A DNA stretch of 28,809 bases from an archaeon (GTDB lineage Archaea > Asgardarchaeota > Heimdallarchaeia > Heimdallarchaeales > Heimdallarchaeaceae). Shown here piece by piece: positions 20,304 to 28,326 of this stretch. The notes beneath the pieces were generated by a model. It was not told where the DNA came from. It made no database searches and saw only the letters and a program-made list of their open reading frames with translations. The stretch spans positions 1-28,809 of the forward strand of contig DAOVKB010000007.1 in assembly GCA_030631995.1 (NCBI GenBank), given 5' to 3'. How positions within the stretch are numbered: the first letter of the stretch is position 1; every line of letters begins with the position of its first letter. Both the position numbers and the translations under genes were made by a program.

Positions 20304-20333
20304 GAATTTCACTTGATTGTTTTAGAGGCGAGT

Positions 20334-21551
20334 ATGCTGAATACATCTGATGAAGAATTCTTTAAATCGTTGATCAAAAAACCAACTGTGTTCAAAAACA
20401 TAAGCTGTTTGTCAGTTACTTATATTCCACCTTATCTTCCACACAGAGAAGAAGAACTGCGAACACTTGCCAAGTATTTTAAAACTATATTTGAACCCCA
20501 AGATGAGCCTTTAAGAAAAGTCTGCATATCAGGGCCTACAGGTTCAGGAAAAACAACACTAGCAAAGAGATTTGGTCAATTGCTTCAAAACATTGACAAG
20601 CAAAACAACTTTCTTTTTGTCTATATAAATTGCCGAATATACAAAAGCCCTTATTTGATTGTTAGCACTTTAGCAAGGAAATTAAACAAAGCTATACCAC
20701 CGAGAGGATATTCGTTTGAAGAGCTGCAATCTCTTCTTATTAGATTATTAGATTTCTATTCAGTAAAAGTATTATTGGTTTTAGATGAGATCGATTATTT
20801 AATTTCCCGTTCAGGAACCGATTTTCTTTATACTCTATTACGTATTAGCGAGATGACCGAAAAACAGTGGATCTCTTACATCTTTGTTGCAAGAAATCTT
20901 AACTTTATTCATCAACTTGATGCAAGCACTCAAAGCAGTTTTCAATCCAACCACATATCTCTAGATAGATATAGCGAAGCTGATTTGAAAGATATTATAA
21001 AATCAAGATCCGAACTAGCTTTTTATGACGGTACCATTACTGAAGATACAATTGAATTAATTGCAGATATCTCTAGTAAATCTGGCGATGCAAGATATGC
21101 TATCGAACTTCTCTGGGGAGCAGGTCAATGTTCTGATGATGAGAATTCACCAATTGTATATCCCGATCATGTTAGAAAGGCAAAGGCTCTCATTCATCCA
21201 GAGATTAGGAGGGAAGTAATTTTGACGTTGTCTCTTCACCAAAAACTAATACTTCTTGCTACAATTAGAAAATTAAAACATACAAAAAACGCTTACATAT
21301 CAACTAATGACGCCATAGGTTCATACAAACTTGTATGTGAAGAGTATAATGAAGAACCAAGAAAACACACTCAAATATGGACCTATCTTAAAGAATTATC
21401 AAAACAAGATGTTATTAGTACAAAGATATCGGGAGAAGGCATGAGGGGGAAAACAACGCTGATAAGCATTCCAGATATATCTGTCGAAACCATTGAACTA
21501 TTTCTTATGAAAGCAATTGAAAGCCAGAAGAAAACAATAGAACACATGTGA
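20334..21551 (+). CDS. cdc6: Orc1/Cdc6 replication initiator (AAA+ plus C-terminal winged helix)
   Basis: YIPPYLPHREEELRTLAKYF, Walker A GPTGSGKTT, Walker B LVLDEIDYL, sensor-2 GDARYAIELL. The track start is TTG 20313; I prefer ATG 20334 with an SD-like GAGG. Confidence 0.92.
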   Translation: MLNTSDEEFFKSLIKKPTVFKNISCLSVTYIPPYLPHREEELRTLAKYFKTIFEPQDEPLRKVCISGPTGSGKTTLAKRFGQLLQNIDKQNNFLFVYINCRIYKSPYLIVSTLARKLNKAIPPRGYSFEELQSLLIRLLDFYSVKVLLVLDEIDYLISRSGTDFLYTLLRISEMTEKQWISYIFVARNLNFIHQLDASTQSSFQSNHISLDRYSEADLKDIIKSRSELAFYDGTITEDTIELIADISSKSGDARYAIELLWGAGQCSDDENSPIVYPDHVRKAKALIHPEIRREVILTLSLHQKLILLATIRKLKHTKNAYISTNDAIGSYKLVCEEYNEEPRKHTQIWTYLKELSKQDVISTKISGEGMRGKTTLISIPDISVETIELFLMKAIESQKKTIEHM

Positions 21552-21588
21552 GTTAGCTTGATTTATGAAAACGAGGAGGTAGGAGAAT

Positions 21589-21888
21589 ATGAATAAACAA
21601 AACCAAAACGGTAATTTAACTGGTCTTGCTGTAGAAGATGTTTTATCATCTAAAGGAAGGGTGAGAATTCTAAAACTACTAGCAGAATTAGGAGAACTGA
21701 ATATATCAGCGATTTCTCGAACTATAAACCTAAATCATACAGCAGTTAAGGATCATCTTAGATTTCTGACTGAAGTTGGTTTAATTAGAGAAAAGAAATT
21801 TGGTCGAATATTAATATATCAATTCGATGAAAACAACGTTCTAGCACATTCTTTGAAGCAATTGTTCAGAATCTGGGAGAGAAATTGA
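21589..21888 (+). CDS. ArsR/SmtB-type winged-helix transcription regulator
   Basis: 99 aa. GRVRILKLLAELGELNISAISRTINLNHTAVKDHLRFLTEVGLIREKKFGRILIYQF matches the ArsR HTH-wing pattern. GAGGAGGTAGGAG SD. Lies 37 nt after orc1/cdc6. Confidence 0.65.
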   Translation: MNKQNQNGNLTGLAVEDVLSSKGRVRILKLLAELGELNISAISRTINLNHTAVKDHLRFLTEVGLIREKKFGRILIYQFDENNVLAHSLKQLFRIWERN

Positions 21889-21902
21889 ATAAAATAGGGG
21901 GT

Positions 21903-21980
21903 TGGTGCCTCGACCGGGATTTGAACCCGGGTCTGCGGAGTGAGAGTCCGCAATGATTGGCCGAGCTACACCATCGAGGC
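21903..21980 (-). tRNA. tRNA-Glu (anticodon CUC), CCA encoded
   Basis: Minus-strand sequence GCCTCGATGGTGTAGCTCGGCCAATCATTGCGGACTCTCACTCCGCAGACCCGGGTTCAAATCCCGGTCGAGGCACCA. Anticodon stem GCGGA/UCCGC with loop CUCUCAC. D-arm GGUGUAG..GGCCAAUCAU is typical of archaeal tRNA-Glu. Confidence 0.88.
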
Positions 21981-22071
21981 AGTATGATACCAGAAATAAA
22001 TGGCTTTTTTAATTTTTTCTTTTGGTTACAGTAGACTTTTATTTCTTTCAGAAGGAAAGAGCTTGAAAAAG

Positions 22072-22914
22072 ATGAGATATTTAGTGAGAGTTTTTTATGA
22101 GGGAGAAAACTATTATGGTTATCAAAGACAACCAAATATCACAACAATAGAAGGAAACATTATTACAATGTTGAAAAAATCAAAACATATTCAAAATGCA
22201 AAAATAAGCAATTTCAGAAGCGCAAGCAGAACTGATAAATCTGTCAATGCAATAGGAAATGTTTTTGCGTTTGATCCAGAAAAAGAAATAATACTAGACC
22301 AAATTAACGCAGTGGGACCAAGTGATAAATCAATTATATGTTGGGCATACGCAGAGGTTGAGGATGCTTTTTCACCAAAATTTAGTAGTTGGAAGAAATA
22401 TTGGTATGTTCTTCCTTCAGATCATGTAGAAAAAATATTCAATTTATCCTTAGAGGAATTAAAGAATATCTGTTCAGTTTTTGAAGGTAAGCACGATTTT
22501 AGACTATTTTGTAGGAAAGACCATAGAGAGACAAATAGGAAAATTAGTAAGATAGATATCTTTGAAAGAAACGATAATGTTATCTGTGAATTTGTTGCTC
22601 AATCCTTCTTATGGGAACAAATAAGAAGAATCGTCTCTTATGTGCTTAATTTTAACCAATTATCAGAAGAATTACAAGATACTATACAGTTGTTAGCTTC
22701 TGATAATCAGATAAAAGAAATTAACTTAGCACCTGCAGATCCTAGAAATTTAATTCTAGTAGAACATTTCTATGAGAATATTAAATGGATAGAAAATGAA
22801 AAAGCAATCAAATCTATCTTAGAAAAGCTGAAAATAAATTTTTTAAATTTTAAAAGAGATCTATCGATAAATTCCTTACTTTACAATTTTTTCAAAGCTT
22901 CTGATTCAACTTGA
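22072..22914 (+). CDS. truA: tRNA pseudouridine synthase A (TruA/Pus family)
   Basis: MRYLVRVFYEGENYYGYQRQP N-terminus and the catalytic-Asp block SASRTDKSVNAIGNVFAF. The track ORF start (22000) would give an N-terminal extension reaching almost to the tRNA-Glu gene (which ends at 21980) and covering its candidate promoter, so I prefer ATG 22072. Confidence 0.85.
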   Translation: MRYLVRVFYEGENYYGYQRQPNITTIEGNIITMLKKSKHIQNAKISNFRSASRTDKSVNAIGNVFAFDPEKEIILDQINAVGPSDKSIICWAYAEVEDAFSPKFSSWKKYWYVLPSDHVEKIFNLSLEELKNICSVFEGKHDFRLFCRKDHRETNRKISKIDIFERNDNVICEFVAQSFLWEQIRRIVSYVLNFNQLSEELQDTIQLLASDNQIKEINLAPADPRNLILVEHFYENIKWIENEKAIKSILEKLKINFLNFKRDLSINSLLYNFFKASDST

Positions 22915-22918
22915 TTTT

Positions 22919-23890
22919 TTATTCTTTGTTTCCATCCTTTACAAGTTTAGCTAAGAACGCACTCAATTGAATATTACTAGATGCGCCCTCAGAGATACGG
23001 AAATCAACTTCTGCTAAGAATTCTGTAATACCAAGTTTCTGTAAATCAGGCAGCGATAAAGAGGGAATTTCTCTATAGATTTGATACGTTACATCTGTCC
23101 CGGATAATCCATATTCTAGAATTAGAAGCTGTAATATCTCACGAGCTTTATTAAAATCGCCTTTAAGTGCGTGTTGTAACATTTCTCTAATTCTTTCAGG
23201 ATCTGCGTGACCAACAGTCTGCAACACAGTAACTCTCTCAATTGATTTTCCTGAAGCTGCAGTAGACTGAAGAATATTAATCGCCTTTCTCAAATCACCC
23301 TCAGAGATATAAAGGACAGTATTTATTCCCTCCTTATCATATGCAAGATTTTCATTAGCACAAATGTGGATAAGGAATTCTTTCATGCTTTTTTCATCAA
23401 GCGGTTTGAATCTAAAGATGGCACATCTAGATTGTATTGGTTCTATAATTTTGCTAGAATAATTGCAAATCAAAGCAAATCGACTAGTTTTTACATATCT
23501 TTCCATCGTTCTTCTTAGAGCATGTTGTGCCGCGGAGGTTAAACTATCTGCTTCGTCTAGACAAATAATCTTGAAGGGAACCCCACCATAAGATGCGGTT
23601 CTTGCGAATTCCTTTACCTTAGTTCTAATTGCATCAATACCTCTATCATCTGAAGCATTCATCTCTAGCAAGTTGCGTGCAACATTGTTCGAACCAAATA
23701 AATCATTAGCTAATGCTAATAAAGCGGTGGTTTTTCCAGTACCTGGAGGTCCAGCTAGTAAAAGATGTGGTAGGTTTCTTCTTTGAACAAATCCTTTTAG
23801 ACGTAAAACTATATCTTCATGACCTTTAAGTTCATCAAGGGTTTTTGGTCTGTATTTTTCAGTCCACATTACATCGTAGTTGCTACCCAT
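22919..23890 (-). CDS. rfcS: Replication factor C small subunit
   Basis: WTEKYRPKTLDEL, Walker A GPPGTGKTT, DEAD-like ICLDEADSLT, SRC motif QSRCAIFRF. Normal length, so no intein. Confidence 0.95.
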   Translation of the reverse strand: MGSNYDVMWTEKYRPKTLDELKGHEDIVLRLKGFVQRRNLPHLLLAGPPGTGKTTALLALANDLFGSNNVARNLLEMNASDDRGIDAIRTKVKEFARTASYGGVPFKIICLDEADSLTSAAQHALRRTMERYVKTSRFALICNYSSKIIEPIQSRCAIFRFKPLDEKSMKEFLIHICANENLAYDKEGINTVLYISEGDLRKAINILQSTAASGKSIERVTVLQTVGHADPERIREMLQHALKGDFNKAREILQLLILEYGLSGTDVTYQIYREIPSLSLPDLQKLGITEFLAEVDFRISEGASSNIQLSAFLAKLVKDGNKE

Positions 23891-24029
23891 TTTCTCACAC
23901 CAACAAATATTAGTTTTTTCTATTTAAAGTTATTACATTATTACTAGTTTTTGAAGAAGAAAAACAACCCTAGTTTTACGAATAAAAAAGTGGTGTTGAT
24001 ATAGCAAACACTAGAATAGTTAATGCCAA

Positions 24030-25448
24030 ATGATTGAGATGAATAATCGTAATAGCCTGCTAAAGGAGGAATTGGAATCTAGTACTCCCTTAAGCAAGTA
24101 TACAGTAAAAGGATACAAAATAGAGATTATTAAGGAGAATAAAATTATTTATTACAATGCTGAACCTCTCTTTGATTTTGCCTTAAATCCTTTACTCTTC
24201 TCTGAATTAACATCATTAGTTTATAAAAACAAAGAAAGATTGAGTAAAGGAATTCTTAAATTTGATGAACTTTTGGAAATTCTCAAGTCTATATGCATGT
24301 GGAAAATTCTTGAAATAGACAATCTTTCAGTTAATCCGGATTTTTTTGCAGAACTCTTCATTTATCGTTTGGTAAAATTAGATAGAATAATGGGTCTCTT
24401 TCTTGATGATTCAGTAAATGAAATATATATGGACCAAAAGAACTCACAAATTTATTTAGATCACCAATATTTTGGAAGATGCAATACTAAAATTATTCTT
24501 GAGGAAGATGAAATTGAAGGTCTCCTTACAAGATTAAAATTAGAGCACCCAATATCAATATCACCAAAAAAACCGTCTTTAAAAGTTGAGTTTCAAACAA
24601 AATCTTTTCATCTAAGAATATCTATGGATTTTCCACCCCTATCACCCAATGGACCTACTTTTAATATAAGAAAACTGAAATCGAATCCATTGACTTTAGT
24701 TGATTTAATTAATTTAGGGACGTTTCCTTCTATTGTAGGTGCATACTTGGTAGAAGCAGTAAAACAAAGAAAAAACATTACAGTTATTGGAGAACCCAAT
24801 GCAGGAAAAACAACTCTAGCAAACGCAATAGATTTGTATACACCAAAGAATTGGCGGAAGATTGCTATAGAGGATGCGATTGAATCGATAGATCAATCCT
24901 CTTTAGGATATAAGCACCTATCAATTCAGGTTGATTCGTTTGAATCTAATAAGGCAAACCATACTAAAACTTCAGAGATTCTCAAACTTCTTCATCGGTC
25001 ACCTGATTGGATTTATCTCGGAGAGATCCAATCTCGAGAACATACACAAGCAATGTTTGAAGCACTAAATGCAGGATTAAAAGGAATTCAAACAGCGCAT
25101 TCTGATTCAATTCAAAAAATCTTGAGAAGATGGGAGAATTTGCACAAAATATCTCCTTCAGATTTCCTATCACTTGATATCATAGTTATAATGAGAAGAG
25201 ACATTACTGAATTTTCGTTTATACGAAGAATATTTGAAGTTTACGAGGTGAACAAAGAGTTTGAAGAAGATTCTCTAAATCAGGATTTTCTAACTAGAAT
25301 TTATAATATTGAAGAAAATAATGAACGAATTATTGAAAATATCAAAGAAAAATCATTTCTGAAGGAATTTTGTACCTCTATAAGAAAAAGGAGCCAAAAA
25401 TTCCAGAAGAATGAACATCTCCAAGGAGAGGAAGAGATTGGTTATTGA
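24030..25448 (+). CDS. Type II/IV secretion-family ATPase (FlaI/TadA/VirB11-like, type IV filament assembly ATPase)
   Basis: 472 aa. Walker A VIGEPNAGKTTLANAI, Asp box IAIEDAIE, Walker B PDWIYLGEIQSREH, His box IQTAHSDS. The N-terminal domain has a Y-x-V..Y-x-x-EP pattern as in FlaI-type proteins. Confidence 0.8.
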   Translation: MIEMNNRNSLLKEELESSTPLSKYTVKGYKIEIIKENKIIYYNAEPLFDFALNPLLFSELTSLVYKNKERLSKGILKFDELLEILKSICMWKILEIDNLSVNPDFFAELFIYRLVKLDRIMGLFLDDSVNEIYMDQKNSQIYLDHQYFGRCNTKIILEEDEIEGLLTRLKLEHPISISPKKPSLKVEFQTKSFHLRISMDFPPLSPNGPTFNIRKLKSNPLTLVDLINLGTFPSIVGAYLVEAVKQRKNITVIGEPNAGKTTLANAIDLYTPKNWRKIAIEDAIESIDQSSLGYKHLSIQVDSFESNKANHTKTSEILKLLHRSPDWIYLGEIQSREHTQAMFEALNAGLKGIQTAHSDSIQKILRRWENLHKISPSDFLSLDIIVIMRRDITEFSFIRRIFEVYEVNKEFEEDSLNQDFLTRIYNIEENNERIIENIKEKSFLKEFCTSIRKRSQKFQKNEHLQGEEEIGY

Positions 25449-25509
25449 ATTGAGTTTTTACTCTCTCTGGAAACAAGATGCAATGAGTTAGATAATAAGG
25501 GGTGAAAAA

Positions 25510-26322
25510 TTGAATTTCCTTAGCAGATCAAACAATAAATCTAATGTCAGACAATTCAGTATCTTTCCTATGAAATTTCTTGATAAAATGATTTTATCTA
25601 AGGTAAGAAAGCATTCTAGTTTTTTTATTACAGAAAAAGATCTCATTAAGCTCAGATTTATTGGAAATAGTTCCATCTTGATTTTTGTTTTGTTTTTTGT
25701 GGTTTTTCATTTCTTAACTCATGCTAATATCATTCTAACAATTGCTATCAGTTTAATTGTTAGTATTGCATATGTTTTTGTTTTTGGTGATTATGTGCGT
25801 TCAACAGTAATACAAAGACATCAATTATTTGATGAATCAGCTTTCTTAATTATTAATTCTCTATCAATAAACATGATCTCTTCAAACTCATTTCCTAAAG
25901 CAATAGAATTTTTGATTTCAGGTAGTGCTTTTGATGATTATTATCAAAAATATTTCCAAGAAATGCTTTTTAACATGAATCTAGGGGAAGATGAAAACAC
26001 GATTATTGATGAAGGAAAGGAGATTTTTTTGAATAAACAATATCAGAATGCTTTTCAAAACATCAAGAGAGAGGATTTCTTTGTAGATTCTGACCCAGAT
26101 TTTCTTTTTAAGATTAAAAAAACCATAAAGCTAATCGAGGACAATATTATCATTTTCATTGCTTTCTCATGTTTATTTCCACTAGTACTTAGTCTTGTTC
26201 TAGCACTTATTCTTCCATCAGATTCTCTAATTGTTTTTGTGTTTCCTCTTCTTTATTCATTGTTTGGTACATTTGCCTTGAGATTTATTCAAAATAAAAG
26301 TTTAAGTGAGAAAAATGACTAA
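25510..26322 (+). CDS. Polytopic membrane protein, FlaJ/TadB-like platform (first half)
   Basis: 270 aa. Two N-proximal TM helices (ILIFVLFFVVFHFL, IILTIAISLIVSIAYVFVF). A cytoplasmic helical segment resembles a T2SSF repeat (ESAFLIINSLSINMISSNSFPKAIEFLISGS). Two C-terminal TM helices. TTG start with an AAGGGGTGA SD. Lies immediately downstream of the ATPase. Confidence 0.55.
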   Translation: MNFLSRSNNKSNVRQFSIFPMKFLDKMILSKVRKHSSFFITEKDLIKLRFIGNSSILIFVLFFVVFHFLTHANIILTIAISLIVSIAYVFVFGDYVRSTVIQRHQLFDESAFLIINSLSINMISSNSFPKAIEFLISGSAFDDYYQKYFQEMLFNMNLGEDENTIIDEGKEIFLNKQYQNAFQNIKREDFFVDSDPDFLFKIKKTIKLIEDNIIIFIAFSCLFPLVLSLVLALILPSDSLIVFVFPLLYSLFGTFALRFIQNKSLSEKND

Positions 26323-26935
26323 AATTGAATGCTCTGATTATGTTTTTTTACAAGGAATAGCAACACAGATTGAAAATGGAGAAAATCTGGAAAGAGCACT
26401 TTTCAATATTAAATTTCTACCTGATGAATTGCTTCTAAGACTACAATTTGGAGATGAATTAATTAGAGTTTTATCATCAATTGATTTTAATTATCCTTCT
26501 ATGATTAGTCTTTTTTCATCAATTAATTATTCAGACTCATCTGACATTCTAAAAAAGGTAAAGATAACAGCTAGACTAATCAAGAATAGAGAAGAAGCTA
26601 TTCAAGAAAAAGAGAACTTATTAAAAATTCATCAAAGAAGAATCAAAATTATACGCTATGTGACCTCAGTAACCATAGCTATGATAGGGGGATTCTCCCC
26701 AATTTTTGCAAATATATATAGATTCATGCAAACAAATGAGTTCTTGAACACGCCTTCATTTTGGTCGTTTCTTTCAGTTTCCTTTCTTTTCATTAACTTA
26801 CTAAATAATTACTTTTTACTAAAAATAGGTAATGAAAAAAATATTAAAATTAGGTTGATAATAACTCTAGTGCTGCATTTTCTGATAGTTTTTGCAGTAA
26901 GGATTTTCTACTCCAATTTCTTTGTCTTTAGTTAG
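26306..26935 (+). CDS. Membrane protein, FlaJ/TadC-like platform (second half)
   Basis: 209 aa. N-terminal soluble helical segment (VFLQGIATQIENGENLERALFNI) in T2SSF-repeat style, then 3-4 TM helices. Overlaps the upstream ORF by 17 nt in another frame. Confidence 0.5.
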   Translation: MRKMTKIECSDYVFLQGIATQIENGENLERALFNIKFLPDELLLRLQFGDELIRVLSSIDFNYPSMISLFSSINYSDSSDILKKVKITARLIKNREEAIQEKENLLKIHQRRIKIIRYVTSVTIAMIGGFSPIFANIYRFMQTNEFLNTPSFWSFLSVSFLFINLLNNYFLLKIGNEKNIKIRLIITLVLHFLIVFAVRIFYSNFFVFS

Positions 26936-26979
26936 GAAAGATTTTCTACTCAATATATTAGAAAGCATAAATTTGCTTC

Positions 26980-28011
26980 TTAAGTAAAGCTTGAGGATAA
27001 CCTTTTACTGATTTCAGAGACTATATCATCGAAATCATAAGACATCATAAATTCTGCATGATCACGAATAGTAAACTCTGCAACATTGGTTGACTGCGCG
27101 ACTAATTTTTGTGTTAAAGCAGAAGAACTTTGTATTTTCTTTGACAATAATTTGTCAGCAACATATGCTGAAGCTGCTGAAAAAGGATAAGGTCTCCTCC
27201 CTCCCCTGTCTGCATAAGAGATTCTTTCTAAAATTCTAAGACAAAGCAATTGAAGAATCTTCTCATATACATAAACATCGACTGAATATTTTTTCACAAT
27301 TCTCTCTGTTATAACAGGAGTACGGCATATAAGCGAACAAACACGAAAAATGTATTGTTCACTTCGTCTGATGCCTGTTGTTGTAGATTTAATATTGAGA
27401 TCTTGCATTAATCCCAGGAGATTCTTCCCTAAAACTCTATGTCCTAGATTTCTATATGTTTCAACAATCTCTTTAAGAGAGAGGGGGCAATTATGTCCAG
27501 ATTCACGAACACTTAGAAGAAGAGCCATAGCAGATAATAAAACATGGTTCGTTATTTTCTTTTTATGCTCTTTCTTGTATTTGTAGTAAAGAAAAAGTGT
27601 ACGTTCTCGGATTTTTTCAGGAACTTGAAGTCTGGAAAAAACCTCATTTAAGATTTTTATCGTTCGATAATCAGTTTCTTTTCCTTTTATTGCACCTGGA
27701 ATATGATAAAAATTCTTAAATTTTCTAAATTTCAATTGTGAATGTTCATCCAATAATGTACCATTTGAGTCTCTAAACATATACTCTTCAACAGTTCCAA
27801 TTGAAGAACCTAGAGAACTAACAATTGCCAATCTATTGTTTATTGAAGTATATTGCTGGCTTTTACGTGATCGATCTTGAGAAATCGATCCTAGTTGAAA
27901 AGATGATGATTCGAGAACAACATCATGAACTAAACCACATTTCTGACACACATTTATGCCATTTTCTTCGATAACCCTACATCCACATTCATCACACAAG
28001 TAACCTTCCAT
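26980..28011 (-). CDS. tfb: Divergent transcription factor B (TFIIB-family) paralog
   Basis: 343 aa. N-terminal Zn ribbon CDECGCRVIEENGINVCQKCGLVHD. Two cyclin-like repeats: LNEVFSRLQVPEKIRERTLFLYYKY..NHVLLSAMALLLSVRESG, and GGRRPYPFSAASAYVADKL, which resembles the GRSPxxxAAAAxYxA block. The linker between ribbon and core is unusually long and non-canonical. Confidence 0.75.
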   Translation of the reverse strand: MEGYLCDECGCRVIEENGINVCQKCGLVHDVVLESSSFQLGSISQDRSRKSQQYTSINNRLAIVSSLGSSIGTVEEYMFRDSNGTLLDEHSQLKFRKFKNFYHIPGAIKGKETDYRTIKILNEVFSRLQVPEKIRERTLFLYYKYKKEHKKKITNHVLLSAMALLLSVRESGHNCPLSLKEIVETYRNLGHRVLGKNLLGLMQDLNIKSTTTGIRRSEQYIFRVCSLICRTPVITERIVKKYSVDVYVYEKILQLLCLRILERISYADRGGRRPYPFSAASAYVADKLLSKKIQSSSALTQKLVAQSTNVAEFTIRDHAEFMMSYDFDDIVSEISKRLSSSFT

Positions 28012-28326
28012 TCTACTCAGAAAAACAACCTTTCTGAAACTATTGAAAATTTTTAAGACTCAAACAAAGCTTTAACTATTTTTTAATATGATTTATTGTA
28101 GTTATTATCTACTATATATATAATAAAAAGAAAGGAGAGACTGTTGACTGAAAGTATTCAACATAATCTTTTTTTTAGACACAAAATAAACTTAGACTTC
28201 TCCAAATTAGTAATTAAGCATTTGAGCTTTCCAAATTATAATCCGTAAATGAACAGCAGAAAAACAAAAAAACTTCAAAAAATTGTGCTGTTTTTAATAC
28301 TTAATATAGATAGAAAAAGGAGATAG

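Noticed and set aside
19998-21980. orc1/cdc6 plus an ArsR-type wHTH bracketed by two minus-strand tRNA genes, considered as a remnant integrated element or plasmid replication module.
   Set aside because: No integrase, no partial tRNA duplication or att-like direct repeat that I could find, and no compositional break. The Orc1/Cdc6 has all canonical motifs, and chromosomal origins typically sit next to it. Only 1.9 kb lies between the tRNAs.
21866-22135. 89-aa minus-strand ORF, and the N-terminal extension of the truA track ORF (22000-22071).
   Set aside because: The minus ORF reads straight through the tRNA-Glu gene (its translation contains the tRNA-derived GC-rich segment). The truA extension has no SD, covers the candidate tRNA-Glu promoter, and precedes a canonical TruA N-terminus starting at Met 22072.
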